DNA of 64,000 nucleotides from Azolla caroliniana. Lineage: Eukaryota > Plantae > Polypodiophyta. Below, piece after piece: positions 1-13,989 of the stretch. The stretch is taken from positions 22,692,001-22,756,000 of the forward strand of contig JBHGNT010000004.1 in assembly GCA_043228905.1 (NCBI GenBank), in the 5' to 3' direction. Both the position numbers and the translations under genes were made by a program. The stretch's first letter is position 1. Each line of letters opens with the position of its first letter. A model generated the notes under the pieces. That model did not search any database. It was not told where the DNA came from and was given only the letters and a program-made list of their open reading frames with translations.

Positions 1-3000
1 TGTTTGTCTCCTTAGGTAAGTATTGAACTCAAGAGTAGTGTAGTATTAAGCTCAAGATGATATGAAGTTCGATACCTTAACCAACTAGTCTAAACACCAA
101 AGATGGCATGGTTTTCCCTCTTCTTTTGAACCTATGAAATTCATGTTTTTTATCTATTTTTTTCCTTATCTTTTTCGCTTATGAAACATATGGCGATGAT
201 GATTAACATATAATCTATTTCTCCCTTTAGGGCTTTCATGATTTTATAATTTCTATTTGTAGAGTAGATCATTACATTCATCTTTACGTATGGGAAAGTT
301 GTACAAAATTAGCTCAAGTGCATTGTCTATTTAGCTTATGACCTCGTTGAATTCCTTAATGGGGGGCATACCTCTTTCTTTTGGTCCTTTAAAACAAAAT
401 TTAAGGGTTTTGTTGATGATGGTATTTTGCAAGGGTAACTTGGCATATTCATTGCACATATGTTCATACATCACAAGGATCTTGAACTTGTGAGTTGGCA
501 TCAAGTACACTAGTAAGTTATATTGGTAAACCCATGAAATAAGTCGTAAGTGCATGTGACAATGGCTAGGATACAAGAAAACTATAGGGATGACGAGGAA
601 AAATCGGAATTGCTAGCATTGTGTCAATCAAGAAGTTTCATCGCTATGCATATTTTGTATCTAAAATTGACCAACAATGCTTTGTGCCCAAACACATGCA
701 TTGTTGACACCAAGATTAGCAATTACCAATATTTTGCAAAGTATAGAGTTGTTGCTTGAAAGTATATTTTGAAATTACCTATATTTTGCAAAGTATAGAG
801 TTATGAGGAATGATGTCCAAAGAAATCAAAAACTTGCATTCAAAGGATATATCAATTTTCAAGTTTTGGTGCTTTCCACTTGGTATTTGCTAGTTTGCTA
901 CAAATACATATTGAGGGGCTAATCCATAGGTGAGGCTGAGGCTCATTATGACCCCATTGTAATGTGGTCATTGTCTATGAACAAGGATGATGAGGGAGGA
1001 TTCTTATGCTTTTTATTTATTATGAGACAATCCCAACCACAAAACTTTGGTATAAGGACCTTTATTAGCACCACAACTATGTTTCCCACATCATACTACA
1101 CCTCAACAATGTTCACCACATTGTATTATATGTGATTCTTTTTACTTCTTGTCATCCATTGGGTTTTGTTCATAGCGAGTCAATCTACATTTATTGGTTT
1201 ACTTTTACAAAACCGACTTTTCCTAATGTTACAATAAATCTTAACCTTTACTTGCTCGACCCTTGACAACTATATCTACCCCGCCTTTCACCCTTTAGCT
1301 TTAAGTACATCAATACATAACAATTGCATTGTTTAATATCACATGGCTCTTTTACTATTAAAAAAGCTTAAACGACATGTTTTAATGTTTTGTTTCTTCA
1401 AAGCATAAAATGCATAAATGGATGCACCCTCCCACCCCCCCAAAAAACAAAAGTGCTACGGACCCTAAACGAAATCCTTTTATGTGCTTCAACCATATCA
1501 ACCTTGACAACATACACAATGCCTTATCATTGACATTCAAGTTAGCAATTTTCTAAATCGGTTATTTTCATTTCAAAGTCATGTTTATATATATACAATG
1601 TACATATATTTGTGTGTGTTGGTTTATACATTATTATAGAAGCCTTTCATGTATAATATAATAATATAACTTATCGATAACTAGATTTATAATAATCAAG
1701 GTTGTGGTAAACATACATAAAGACATTAAATCTTGAAATGCAATCTGACCTTTTCCTCAAAAGTTGAGAGCTTCACTCATATCCCGAGGAAGCAATGTGT
1801 TTCTTTTGAATCTTTAATTCAGCACGTTTTTTCAGAACAGCAAAAAAGGTTTCCATGAAAATCAATATCATTCTAGAAAGTGCAATGAAACCAACGAGTA
1901 TACTAATTGTAAACGTTTATGGTGGACATATTTAAACTTTGTACAATTGTAGTTGAATTTTTGCATTCATGATTAGCATGATACCAAATATAAAAAAATT
2001 TGCATCAAATTGCCATGGTTCCAACTTGCCATACTTGATGCCATGTCAAAAGTTCAAACTTATTTTAAAATTTTTAAGAATGCTCACATTTTAATGAAGT
2101 ATAATTTAACGTATCATTTACATATTCAGTTTACGACTAATCACAAACACTTTCATGAATTAAAAATATCTTTCGGATTATTCACTACGCTAAAGAGCCA
2201 TTGATAAGATAATAATATTCCATTCTTATTCATACCTCCTTTGTGAACATTCCACACGCTTCACACTATAAATAATTGTCCTCACAACGTTAGGAAGACT
2301 TTATTTAAGTTCTGAAATAGTTCATTGGCCACACCCTATCAACCCACTTAACTTTTGATTTCTACATTCCCAAAGGGTCACTGGCTAAGTTGTACTTTCC
2401 TCACTTTCAACTCAGTGTTGGATGGCAAGATTATTTCATACAACCACGTCAACTTATAACTTAACCTATTGAACCACTTTGTCGTAGCATTTGAAAAGCT
2501 ACCTTGAGTTACTTCTAGAGCACTTCAAAATATATGGATGCAATCTCAAGAAAGACAAAGTTATCTATTTGGGCTTGTTTTATGCTCTAGTTAACAATAC
2601 ACTCTCTTCGGAGTAAATCGCCAATAAGTAGGAATTGATCATTGCATTGTGCTTGTATTTTCCTTTTAATATGTAATATTGAGGGCATTTCCCATTCACA
2701 ACCAAAACAAGGAGTTGTAAGAGGGTGATGGTAATGGTAAATATTGTGCTTCATAGTCTTTCCTTTGTGAGTTAAGTAGGGTCACTTGGTATTTAATGGG
2801 GTTGGACATATATGTCCACACATGCCCTTAACAAAGTGACTAGTTCCTCATCCTTGAAAAGTCATTTTCTCAAAATATTTAACAAGTTCAAGTTGTTATT
2901 GTCTCTCACACCATAGTTATTTTAGCAACTTTTGTTTGCAATTGGGCCTTATTGATAACAAAGGACATGATTAAAGAGTGTCAATTTATTACTTTGGGCA

Positions 3001-5030
3001 ATTAGAAGCCCAAATTTGGGTACATGTAAAAGATATCCCATGGAGCTAAAAAATTCATCTACCAATGTTTTTGGCAAATTGTTGGAAGCATAACCATCCA
3101 ACTCCTCCAAGGTTAGACGATCACTCTATAGGAGATCCTTTCTTTATGTGGTGAAGCTTTCCCATTCAACGATGTCATGAATTGTACTTGATGAGTTAAA
3201 AATTTGTTGTTTACAATGTTGATTTCTGGAATAAGATTTGGAAGGGCTTATGTATCATACCATTGATAAATAGGCTATTGAAAGAACCTTGGTAATCATA
3301 ATTTAATATAGAAGTTGTTTCATGGTTAATGTTCGTGGTTTAAAGGAATAAAAGGATGGAGGATAACATAAGCTAGAGACATGCACAATCCAAAAATCAT
3401 AGACACTTAAATTGTGTGAAAGTAGTTAATAGAATGGTTGTGATTTTAGTTTGACATTGTGCCTTGCCTATTGTCAGTAACCATGTAAACTTCATGTTAT
3501 ATCCATTCTTGATTCAACCTACAACTAAAATATTTGTACCTAAGCCAAAGTACTTGTCGAGGTTTAATGCATTCACAAAAATGAATGAAGTTTAATGCAT
3601 TCACAATGTAACTTGTCAAGTTGTACAAATAAGGTTTGCAAAACTAATTCGTGATATAACTCGTGTAACACATGGAATGAGTTTATTAAGGATGTTTAAC
3701 GAGGCTAAACTTGAGTGACAACAAGCCGTCGTTGAGGTCCACATTCTAATCCTACATTTGCACATGCATTAACAAGTGCACTAAATCTTTAATATCGGTA
3801 GTTATGATTGCCAATTTTTTTATTCATCTAAAATGCCTCTAATGGTCATGTATTAATATCTGTAATGTTTATTAATTTCCCTTTCCTTTTGGCTTTTGTT
3901 TATGTCAACCTTTAATACAAAACACAAAAAAAATCTCCATTAGGGATTGTCATTGTTCTACATCATTTCACTACTACTCTTACATGTCATTTGAAGGCAT
4001 CTAACCACACTTTATTCCGTGCTGGTGAAATAGTCAATGCATTTGATTGTAGGGGTAACAAGTGGTCTAGATTTTATCTATTAATTTGTTATGACTTTGT
4101 TTGTGAACTATTACAATTGATTTCAAACATAAAGTGCAATTGGTCCTTTGTTTGTCAAAAATGTCGAGGTTGTAAAGCCATTGTTTAGAAACAAATTTCT
4201 AGTGTTCATGTACTCAACTAAGATAAGGTGAGTTTAATATTCAACAAAACATCAAACCAATAGCCTAAGACTTTAAAGTTTAAACCACATCCTCACTATG
4301 CCTTATTATTAACTTTATCCATGTAAGCAATCAAGTGTAACTTTTATGTTGAAAAATAGATTCTAATAGCACATATTACATTCATGATAAGTTTATGCAA
4401 TGAGGACTATACCATGCTATATACAATGGCTCATGTTATGTAGACATGTATTAGCAAAGTCACCATGAACTTCCATGTTTGAGATAAATTGTGAGACATA
4501 TCTCGAGCTTTGAAGTACACACGTGGCATACCCTTTGGCAATTATACATCTTTACTTGGCAACGATCAATCTTCTAAGGACAAACTATACGGATAAAAAT
4601 GCTTATATAGGATGCTTTGGCATCTTTGGTGCCACTTACCCATCAATTGACCATGAAAAAAATCAATTAAACATCAACACCATTCTATTGCAATAAAGTT
4701 TATGAAATTGATTATATTGCATCTGATTCCACTTGGTCCACAACTTGGGTATTTACAATAAAATATTTTTACAAAGGTGAGAGAGTCTTAATCTAAACTT
4801 CTCTTTCTCCTTTATCAAAATTAGCTTTTGGCAAATTTCCCATGTGAATAAGAGACACCTTTACCTTTATTATACTTCTCTATAATGCTCAAAATCATGA
4901 GGTTTTGACGGTAGGCCCAAGAGGTTGAGGCTGACAACACCTTGACCTAAGTCTCATGTAGCTAGTTAACAATATACTTTACTTGCAAATCTTCATGCTA
5001 CTATCATAACTTATGAGAGGGGTGTTTTCC

Positions 5031-5110
5031 AGGGAAGTAAGCGTATAGGAATACTCTAGGGTAGTAATTGTATAGGAATACTCTAAGGAAGTAAGTGTAT
5101 AAGAATACTT
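5031..5110. repeat. Three imperfect tandem copies of a 27-bp unit (agggaagtaagcgtataggaatactct)
   Basis: Units visible at 5031-5057, 5058-5084 and 5085-5110. Confidence 0.85.
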
Positions 5111-5750
5111 GTGTCCATGGCACAAATCTCTTCTTCCTGAACATACCTTATGTTACATTGGAATGCTATAAAGGTCACTTCTCGTGTGGCATGGCACAAT
5201 GCTCTTCTATGTTCAACATTCCTTAGGGTATGTCAGAATTATTAACGATACAATTCATGGTGAGTGGGGAATACTTCCAAAGGGGGTATGTGGAATGCCG
5301 GGCATAGAACTATTATTAATGTTATCTTCAATGAAACAACCGTGCCTCAAGATTTCCCCTCGAGCTATCGACTCTTCGATTTGATTTCTTGTCTTTCGAA
5401 AATGACGCGCCGGCTTGAGTTGGGAGGCTGGAGAGGTGAGATAAGAAGACCTACGAGTAGCTTCTTCCCCACGCATCGCTTGTAAATATCTCAATCTTTC
5501 CTTCGCAAGAGGCAACGAAGAGAAGAGAAGAGAAGAGAAAGGAAGAGAGAGAGAGAGATGGGGGGGGGGGGGGTCACTAGTGGCTTGTTTTCTCATCTTA
5601 TGGCACATGAGACTTGACTCAATAATAAAAAAGAGAACCCAAAGGCAAAAATGATGCAGTAATATGAATTTGTGTGTTGTATTTTTACTTTTGTCTTTTG
5701 TATGTGTGTGCATACAAAATGAATGGATCTGAAAGCTTGTAAGAACACAC

Positions 5751-5752
<2 letters not shown>

Positions 5753-5792
<40 letters not shown>
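5753..5792. repeat. (GA)20 microsatellite upstream of the 6042 gene
   Basis: Directly visible; GA tracts are common in plant promoters and 5' UTRs. Confidence 0.95.
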
Positions 5793-5798
<6 letters not shown>

Positions 5799-6041
5799 TC
5801 TAAATTTCCAAAAGGATTTTTACACCCACAAGCAATCTCTCTCTCTCATTTGCTCTTCTCTCTATTGGCTGCCTGGTTGGCACTTTCTGATCAGTTTTAA
5901 TGATGAAAGCAATTCTTCCCCTTCCTCCTCCTCCTCCTCTTTCCATTTCCTCTGTTTTCTATCAAGCTTCCATGGAAGCTTCTCATTATTAACATCTGCC
6001 TCTCTTCCCTTTGGACACACACACACACACACACTCAAGAA

Positions 6042-7811
6042 ATGACAATGTGTTCATCACCCCTCATCTCCAAGCCAAGCATCAGGAAGCACTCCAGCTC
6101 TGAGAAGCTCTCTGTAGACCACATCCACATCCATCAAGAGAATCAGCACCTCTCTGTCCACCTGGCCTTCCCTTCCTCCCACAAGAAATCCCCAAGCCCA
6201 AAAGCCATCATCTTCAGCCATACCTGCCTCTGCTACCTGCTTCTCTTCTTCTTCTTCTTCCTCACACTCCTGGCCTTCCTACACTCCATGGATCTCTCAG
6301 AATTCAGCAATTATAATTACAATTCTACCCCTACCCTTACCCTTACCCTTACCCCTAACCCCACCCCCCCAAAGCCCACCCACAATACCACCATGACTAG
6401 TAGTAATATGATTCTAAGCGTGCCGGCCCTCAAAGGCCTCGGGATCATGTTCCGTAGAGGCACCAATGCCATGAATGAGCTCGTGGTCGCCCACATCCCC
6501 GAACACACCCGACCCTCCGATTTCCGGCTCTCCTTACGGACCCTCCACCGTAGTGGCCTCACTTCGAGAGCCGATCTCGTCTTCCTCTTCGATACCTCCC
6601 ACCCCTCCACAACCATGTTCCATGACATTATACACCAAGAAGACATACACTTCCACAACCTCCTTTCCATAGTCTCTCAATCACCACAACTTATGAATAT
6701 GGATTCCAATGCTAGCATTATTAGTTCCTTCAACTTCGATTCGTTTAAGGCCAAAGGTGCTAGGGACAATACGAATCGATCGTCCTCGCCTCCCCCGCCC
6801 CTTTGGGGAGCTCCCGTTGAATCCACAAGGGACAACAACTTCACTTCCGATGACGATTCCTTGTCTTCATTCCGGTGGGGCTCGATCGTTGGTTTCGATG
6901 TGTCTGAGCTCACCCCCGAGGATGCACTCCAAGGCTTCATCGATCAACCTCCTCTCGCTTTGAGGCGATGGGCATGCTACCAAATGTTATTGGGCATGGT
7001 AAGGCACAAGTTCAAGCATGTTTTGTTGACTCACATGGGTGGGGTTGTAGTTCTTGGTGACCCCTTGGCATTGCCCCGGAGAAAGTTGGGTCTCTATGTC
7101 CCTTTGGAAGATCGAACTTGGGGCATATCTTTGATAGAAGATCAAGCCAAATTATTGAACATTAGTGACACACCAATCCACGAGAAAGGAGAGAAGACCC
7201 ATGATGGAATGAGACAAGACTTGGAGGAGACTCAAATACCACCACCACCACCACCACCACCACATGTGAAACGGGGTGGAAAGAGGCGGAAAGTGAGGAG
7301 TGTTAATAAAGTGGGCACAACGGCGATCGCTAGTGGCCTTTATGAGAAGGTCTATGGGCAATCAATGTGGAGAAGTCTTGAAGAGGTCGAGCGGACAAAG
7401 AAGCTTGTGAATGGGGGAGTGATTTCGGGTGGGATTCAACAAATTAGAGGTTTGGCAAATGCAATGGTCATTGAGATTGTGAAGGTTTCATTGGAAAGGA
7501 AGAGTCGAGAGGCATTTCCGGATAGTGTGCTCTTGACCTACCTCCTTCACAAGAGTTCCACGGTGTTGGGGAAAAGAGTCCTAGATCATATCCACCTCAT
7601 GGAAAACTCGGAGTCTTTTGTCCACTCTCTTGTGGCATCACGACAACCTTCGAATTTTTTCAAGAAATCAAGGCTAGCCTACTCCATGGTCCATGGGAAC
7701 GTCAGGAGCAAGAGATGGGCAAATGTTGCTAGAGCATTACACAAGGATATTTGTTCTTCACGTGCAGAAGCCATGGTTTACAATGATTGCTCGAAGCTCC
7801 AATCGTTCTAA
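6042..7811 (+). CDS. Plant-specific uncharacterised type II membrane protein (DUF7780-like from memory; possibly glycosyltransferase-like fold), single exon, 589 aa
   Basis: Long ATG-initiated ORF in AT-rich DNA; hydrophobic TM segment (CLCYLLLFFFFFLTLLAFL) followed by a Thr/Pro stem; conserved plant motifs LKGLGIMFRRGTNAMNELVVAH, LRTLHRSGLTSRADLVFLF, WGSIVGFDVSEL.PED.L.GF, LRRWACYQMLLG.VR..FKH; pyrimidine-rich 5' leader. Confidence 0.88.
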   Translation: MTMCSSPLISKPSIRKHSSSEKLSVDHIHIHQENQHLSVHLAFPSSHKKSPSPKAIIFSHTCLCYLLLFFFFFLTLLAFLHSMDLSEFSNYNYNSTPTLTLTLTPNPTPPKPTHNTTMTSSNMILSVPALKGLGIMFRRGTNAMNELVVAHIPEHTRPSDFRLSLRTLHRSGLTSRADLVFLFDTSHPSTTMFHDIIHQEDIHFHNLLSIVSQSPQLMNMDSNASIISSFNFDSFKAKGARDNTNRSSSPPPPLWGAPVESTRDNNFTSDDDSLSSFRWGSIVGFDVSELTPEDALQGFIDQPPLALRRWACYQMLLGMVRHKFKHVLLTHMGGVVVLGDPLALPRRKLGLYVPLEDRTWGISLIEDQAKLLNISDTPIHEKGEKTHDGMRQDLEETQIPPPPPPPPHVKRGGKRRKVRSVNKVGTTAIASGLYEKVYGQSMWRSLEEVERTKKLVNGGVISGGIQQIRGLANAMVIEIVKVSLERKSREAFPDSVLLTYLLHKSSTVLGKRVLDHIHLMENSESFVHSLVASRQPSNFFKKSRLAYSMVHGNVRSKRWANVARALHKDICSSRAEAMVYNDCSKLQSF

Positions 7812-10408
7812 ACGTTAATGGAAGCTCAAACCCTTAAAACTATGATATTGGGCACACTCTTATTGGTCTTGGAAACTAGTATCAAGTGTTTATCCATGAA
7901 GAAGAGTTCTTAAATATCAATATGTCTACACACACACACACACACACCCACACCCACACACAAATACATGTACATTCTTTGGGAACATGAGGCCATGTAA
8001 AAACATACATCAACTCCATTTTTTCAACAACATAGTTCACTTTGTCACCAATGTAAACCTCTAATTACTACATTTGATTGGGTAACAACCCATCCTTAAA
8101 TAACCATGTGTGGATTTCCCTACTCATATCAAAAGTGGTGGCGTGCAATCTTGAATCCTTCACGAAACCCAATTGATGCACAAGTGAATCATGTTAATCT
8201 ACCGTGCAAAATTCGGGGTAACAAACAAATGAACATGATGCCCAAATCTTTGGGTAGCGGCAATCATGAATCGTGCTCAAAGTCGGCATGCTAGATATTG
8301 AAGTGGTGTAAACTTGTATTCTTGAATTCTCAGGAAAACTTATTCTCATCTCTCAATAGTGGTGATTGAGAAGGTTATGCTTTGACACACCTACAATTTC
8401 ACGGTGTATATAATTTTCTATTGACTAAATGGTGTCTTAAGTCTATATTTATTCCAAATTAACTATAAAAAAACATTACATGGTTGTATGATTATGTCGA
8501 AACATAAGAATTTTGAAATTAATATCTAGAAACTATTAAATGAGCATATAATATTGGTAGAATTTTGTAAAAGCTATCAATTTTTTAACATTGAACAAAT
8601 GGCTCAAATTATGCTCAATCTAAGAGGAGTATAAAATGATTGCAATGTGTGAAGACCATGAGATTCTTGAAGACTCTTTCTACCCCTTCTTCGAGTTCAT
8701 TTCTAATGGCAAGGTTGGATCTATAAAAAGATATGCAACAACATTCAAATTTCAAGCAATAGTTCCACATTATAAATCTCAATAAAACTTTTGATGTTTT
8801 GAAGCTACCATGGATGCTCATTGAACCTTTTTTTTTAGTAAGAGAAAAATGAAAACCCATGCATTAATTACGTTATCCACAAATTTCAAATTTCAGCCGT
8901 TCCTTCTTCTTTGTAGGGTTCTTAAAGACCAATAACACGCTTGTTCCATTTCGAAGGAGAACTTACAATAGTTGCATTTCAAATAAAAAGTATTCAAATA
9001 AACTATGTATTTGTTACTTACACTCAACATTTACATAATCAATAATGTATTTGTTCTGACATAGGCACTAGTGTCTATGTGAACAATTCCCAACTTCCAC
9101 CATCTATTGATTGGCTGCATCCACAATGAGATGGATTCTAAGATGAATAAAATAGTGTTAAGGATGAGATATCAACTTATATTGATGATAACTGTGGTCT
9201 ATGCATTATACAACTATGATTGTCAGATGCATCACGTTTGTGCCCAAAGGTGTAGAGCTATTTCAAAAAGGGTCGAATGTTTGGTAAAGGGATACATCAC
9301 CCTAGAGGATGCTATTCGTGACACTCTTTAGGATCATAGGTTAAGAACCACAAGATGCGAAAGGCTAACATTAATTATGAAAGTCAAGGTTGTGGATATC
9401 ACTCCTTGTGCTTCATGTTTTAGTTAGTTTGTTGAGATGTGCTCAATTTCTCAGTAAGTTTGCCAAAGTAATTCACACAAGTAGAACTAACATAGTTGGG
9501 GAACCGTTATTGGGATGTAATCCTTGGATAGGTTCCAATACTTAGTATATCTACTATGCCACCTCTCGTGCTCTTTTGCATACATAATTAGAGGTTCATT
9601 AGCCTCTTGAATAATGATGTTGAAAGTACCTTCTTCATCTTGAACCCAATAATTTATAATACAATGTAAATAATCAACAATGAAGTTGGGAAGGTTTAGT
9701 TGTGGACTTTTGCATGCCCACAAGGAGGAAATTGACGTGGATTGGGATGAATTTGCTCATCATAGGGCAACCTTTTAGAGATGTTTTTCAAGTAAGAACA
9801 CAAACTTAAAGCCAAACAAAGACTCTATGTTTAAGTTAAGGAAATAAAACACAACCCATTAGGAAATGTTCAAACTCAAAATTTGTGCGCCAGAAGAAAT
9901 TCCATGTCATCGATGTGCTTTCACAAGGGGGGTAGCCGGAGGTTCATGTAGTTGTTACCCAAACATTATCACATAACTTGCCATTGTGAAGATCTCATTG
10001 TAATATTTTCAAAACAACTAGAATGGCTCAGTCAAGAGTTTTGACATTTTCTCTAGAACACAACTCTATAAGTTCCTCAATTTTGGTAGCCTCTTTTATA
10101 TTGGTTGAGAGAGAATCCTTTAGGAATATTTCAAAAAATGCCAAGATTGAGGCACAAATTATGCTAATGACAACTCAAATGTTAGATGGGAGTTTGAGCA
10201 TGCAAATGTACTACTTCTGTCAAGTGAATATGGACTCTAGAGAAAATGAGCACAAGAAAAAGTGTAATTCTATATCACTAACATGTGAATGCATTCTATA
10301 TACAACCAAGAAACCTTTGAATGAAGTTAAGGAAGATGAATTGAGGAAGGAGATGGGAAATGGTCACCTAGAGTTAACCAAATGTCGAAGGGCGTGGATG
10401 TTGACGTG

Positions 10409-10882
10409 TAGGTGATAATCAACAATGGTTCAATTTGAACCAAATCTAAGCCTTGAAACCATGCTTTAATGGCGAAATGGGTTAAATGCTTTGCTTTGGT
10501 TTAGTTCAAGTTCTTGATTGGGAAAACAATTTCCTTTGCATTTGGATATGGTTTGGCTTAATGGATTATGGTTTATCAAGTTTGAAACCAAAACTGAAAC
10601 AACATAAATAGTTTAAATGGCTTATTTAGCCATTTGACATTATAAATTAAAACAAAAGTCATAAACCCCTAACACCTCTATGAAGTCCTATGAACTACCT
10701 CTCTAATGAATTATTTGCTAAATGGTTTTGTTTTAATTGATTTTAAGTTTGAGAATCTCTTAAACACTTTAAGTTTAAATAAGGTTTGGTTTAGTTTAAA
10801 TTTTAATGTTTGTAAACGGTTTGAGTTTGATAGCTCCAACCCCAAATTGGTTTAAATTGAATCGAACCGTTGTTCAATTCTT
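10409..10882. mobile_element. Degenerate hAT-like MITE
   Basis: Imperfect terminal inverted repeats (aacaatggttcaatttgaacca near 10421 versus tggtttaaattgaatcgaaccgttgtt near 10848) and many internal AACCA/TGGTT subterminal motifs; no clear TSD. Confidence 0.4.
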
Positions 10883-13800
10883 TGTGCATGTCTTGAATTC
10901 TTAAATCACCTTAAAAGCCTATTGTTTGCACCACATGTATCCATCTCTAATGTAGCATCAAATCAATAGTGGAAACTTCCCTAAATCATATTTCACAATA
11001 TTATTTTTTTCTTTTACCATTTTACAGTCCATCATTGCTTGATGTAGATGTGTTTTTTACAATCTCAAACTGAAGGTGACACATGGGATATCATGATCAT
11101 GCCTTCTAGCACATATGTATCATCTCATGTGGGCAACCTATCAATCATGCAAACCGCCTAGTGTGGAGATTGCACTTGGGTTCAAGATATATTTTGTTAC
11201 GTGTATTAGGGCTAACCTCTTAGGTATGTTACATTGAAATTTGGTGACATAATATATAAACGATTACGGTAATTAGAATATGTTATGCTAATAAATATAT
11301 AAATATATAAACAAACACATAAATAAATAAATACAAGAAATGCAATTGTTATATTAATTAGTCTTGTTTAGAGTTATGCTTTATGTTAATCATGTACTTT
11401 AATTCTATGTGCCAAATTCTCTCTTGTTGTATTTTGTCACTAATGTGTTCCCTACCCTCAAAACATAGGCTTATAGATCTTCTAGGTACACGTTGATAAA
11501 TTTTCACTTATGTTTTCAGGACTAACTTGATTTTAAGTTAATGATAGTGCTAATTTATAGATCTATCTTGCTTGTACTCCTTAACAATAAGTTGCTAGAG
11601 TTAAACTCTTAATCGTACTAATTTATTGTGCTACTTGACTTGTAGAGTTAATTGCATGTTTATAGTTGTATTTCCAATTTTTATTCATTGCTTATTTATT
11701 GTTCACCGATCCTTACTTTGACATTGTACAATGACATAAATAACTTTTGGCTGCTCTTTGTTGTGGTTTTTACTACAAGTAATTGGGGTTAAATGGTCAA
11801 TTTAGAACTAAAACATCAAGCTCTTTATTTTGTAGAACTTAATGACATATTGATAATATTTTGTTTACCACTAATTTGTTGTTGCATGCCTATGATTATA
11901 GCTAGCACAATGGCAATTTTAAAAATGAAACTCTCTTCTTTGTAGCCATTACCCCTTGTAAGTAGTTAGAACTAAATTGTTAGTTTAGTTCTTAATTGAG
12001 TGATCTCTTTTATTTGTAAATGTTAATTACATGTTGGTGGTGTTTTAAGTTTTAGTTTTCAGCTACTTTGTTGTTCAACAACTAATGAACATTCAAGGAC
12101 AAGAATGATACTAATTTGTTACTCTTGTCGTTTAGTTTCACAACTAGACAAGTACACTTGTAACTTGTAAGCAATCAGGTAGAACTACGATATCAATCTA
12201 GAGATGTTTTAATAATAAACATCATTCATGTTTCTCTTGACACTCTTGTATTATCATACAAAAGGACAAACCTTACATCGTTGAAGGTGTGGCTATTGTG
12301 TTCATCTTATATTTTCCATTTTATATTCACATATCAAAATGCAAAGTTACGCAAGTGCACGCAACATATATGTACTTTGCAAATTAGTCCCTTTACCATT
12401 GCATAGTTCTCTGATACATACACATGTTGGTCTTCCCATGATTGTGACGGATGGTCTTCCCATGATTCCAAATTAATCTTGATTCTTGACCTTGAATTTC
12501 CATATTGATGTTGTACCCTTGAAGTTCTACAAAATACCTATTCAAGATCATTTGTTATGAATAAAAGGAATCCAACATGAGAAGTAAGGGGAAGAAGCAT
12601 TTGTGTATTGCACAAAAGATAAGTTTTGTCATTGTTGCATAACTATCTCATATGTATACATGTTAGTCTTCTATGATTGTGTCTAGTGGGGCTCTTGTTT
12701 ATGTGATGAAGGCTTGATGAGTCAAGCTCTTTCATTGATGATATAGTTGTTTCCCTTGAAGCTCTTTTTTATAACACTAATTAAGACTCTAGCTCCAAGC
12801 CATGACATTATTGATGATATGTCGACCTTGTGGATGCTAACCCCAATTAACTAAACTACCCTCAACGACCTTGGAAATGGTGCTACATTCAAAGTCCAAA
12901 CCAATGTTAAACTTGAAATACATATGGATTTGTACCCTTGACTTCTTTGAGAAGATGGTTGTATCCTTGAAACCCATAAACATGATTTGCATGCAGGAAT
13001 TTGTGGGCGTAATACTAAGTGTTTCCACACACATTGAACAGAGAAGTTTGCAAACACATGCATATGCAAAATCTTAAATGTTGAACTTCAACAAACTTTA
13101 AAAACAACATCTTTGATCCCATCTTCCAAAACTCAATGGTCCTGCTCACATTTTGCACACACTCAATCATTTCCTAGACAATTGTGTCGTGATGTGGTTT
13201 GGGTAATGGGAGAAATGTGAAAAAGGCAAGTTTTGCAATCACTTCAAGGAAAATGAAAAGAAGAAGCTGTTATAACATCAATGTATATCAAATATACGCT
13301 CTAGTTATTTCCAATGAAAGGGTCACGGGTTCAAAACCCATTAGAAAGGCTTGAAAGGAAATAAAAAACTAAGTATAACCGACAATGGGGAGTGTGCCAG
13401 AAAGATGAAAGAGCTACATGCTAAAAGGATTTGTGGTGGTACATGCTAAAAGGAGAGGGTCTAATTTTATTTAGAAAGAGATACAACTATGACTATTCCT
13501 ATTTTAGTGAGTGCTTTTATTGTGTTAGTCCGCCACCAATTGTTTGTACCCAAGAGATGTGGAAATGTGTATTTGTGAATGATACTCATGTTTGTGTGTT
13601 TATGTGCGAATATGCAAGTTAAGTATTTTGTATTGATCTTAACTTGTGTGCATGCAAATATCAATGTGCGTGGGAATTTGTATGTGTATGTGGGTGAACA
13701 TGTGAATGATTATCTTTTTATGTGCGCATGTGCATGTATATGTTTTTATATGTATATTACACATGGTTGTGCGTGTTTGTAATTTGGAGGGGAAGGGGGT

Positions 13801-13989
13801 GGGGGGAGATTTTAGGAATTGCTGAAGTGTGTATAATTTTCTAGGTTTTTGTTTGTAGGAAAGGTTTACATAAAAGTGAATATTAGTATGAACATTAGGC
13901 TCGACATCGATTTGCAAGCTTGGGGTTAGGTAGTGTGTTTGGCAAGGTGAGGTAGGAGGTGAGGAGGCTTTGTGGTTAGAGTTCCTTCT

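Noticed and set aside
5184-5752. ORFs 5255-5752 (-), 5264-5485 (+) and 5184-5384 (+)
   Set aside because: Non-ATG or microsatellite-derived low-complexity translations with no recognisable motif.
8600-9800. Possible ancient DNA-transposon coding relics (also 2200-3400, 53500-53760 and 59500-64000)
   Set aside because: The DNA looks like decayed coding sequence, but no diagnostic motif or terminus could be identified by eye; a translated search against transposase libraries is needed.
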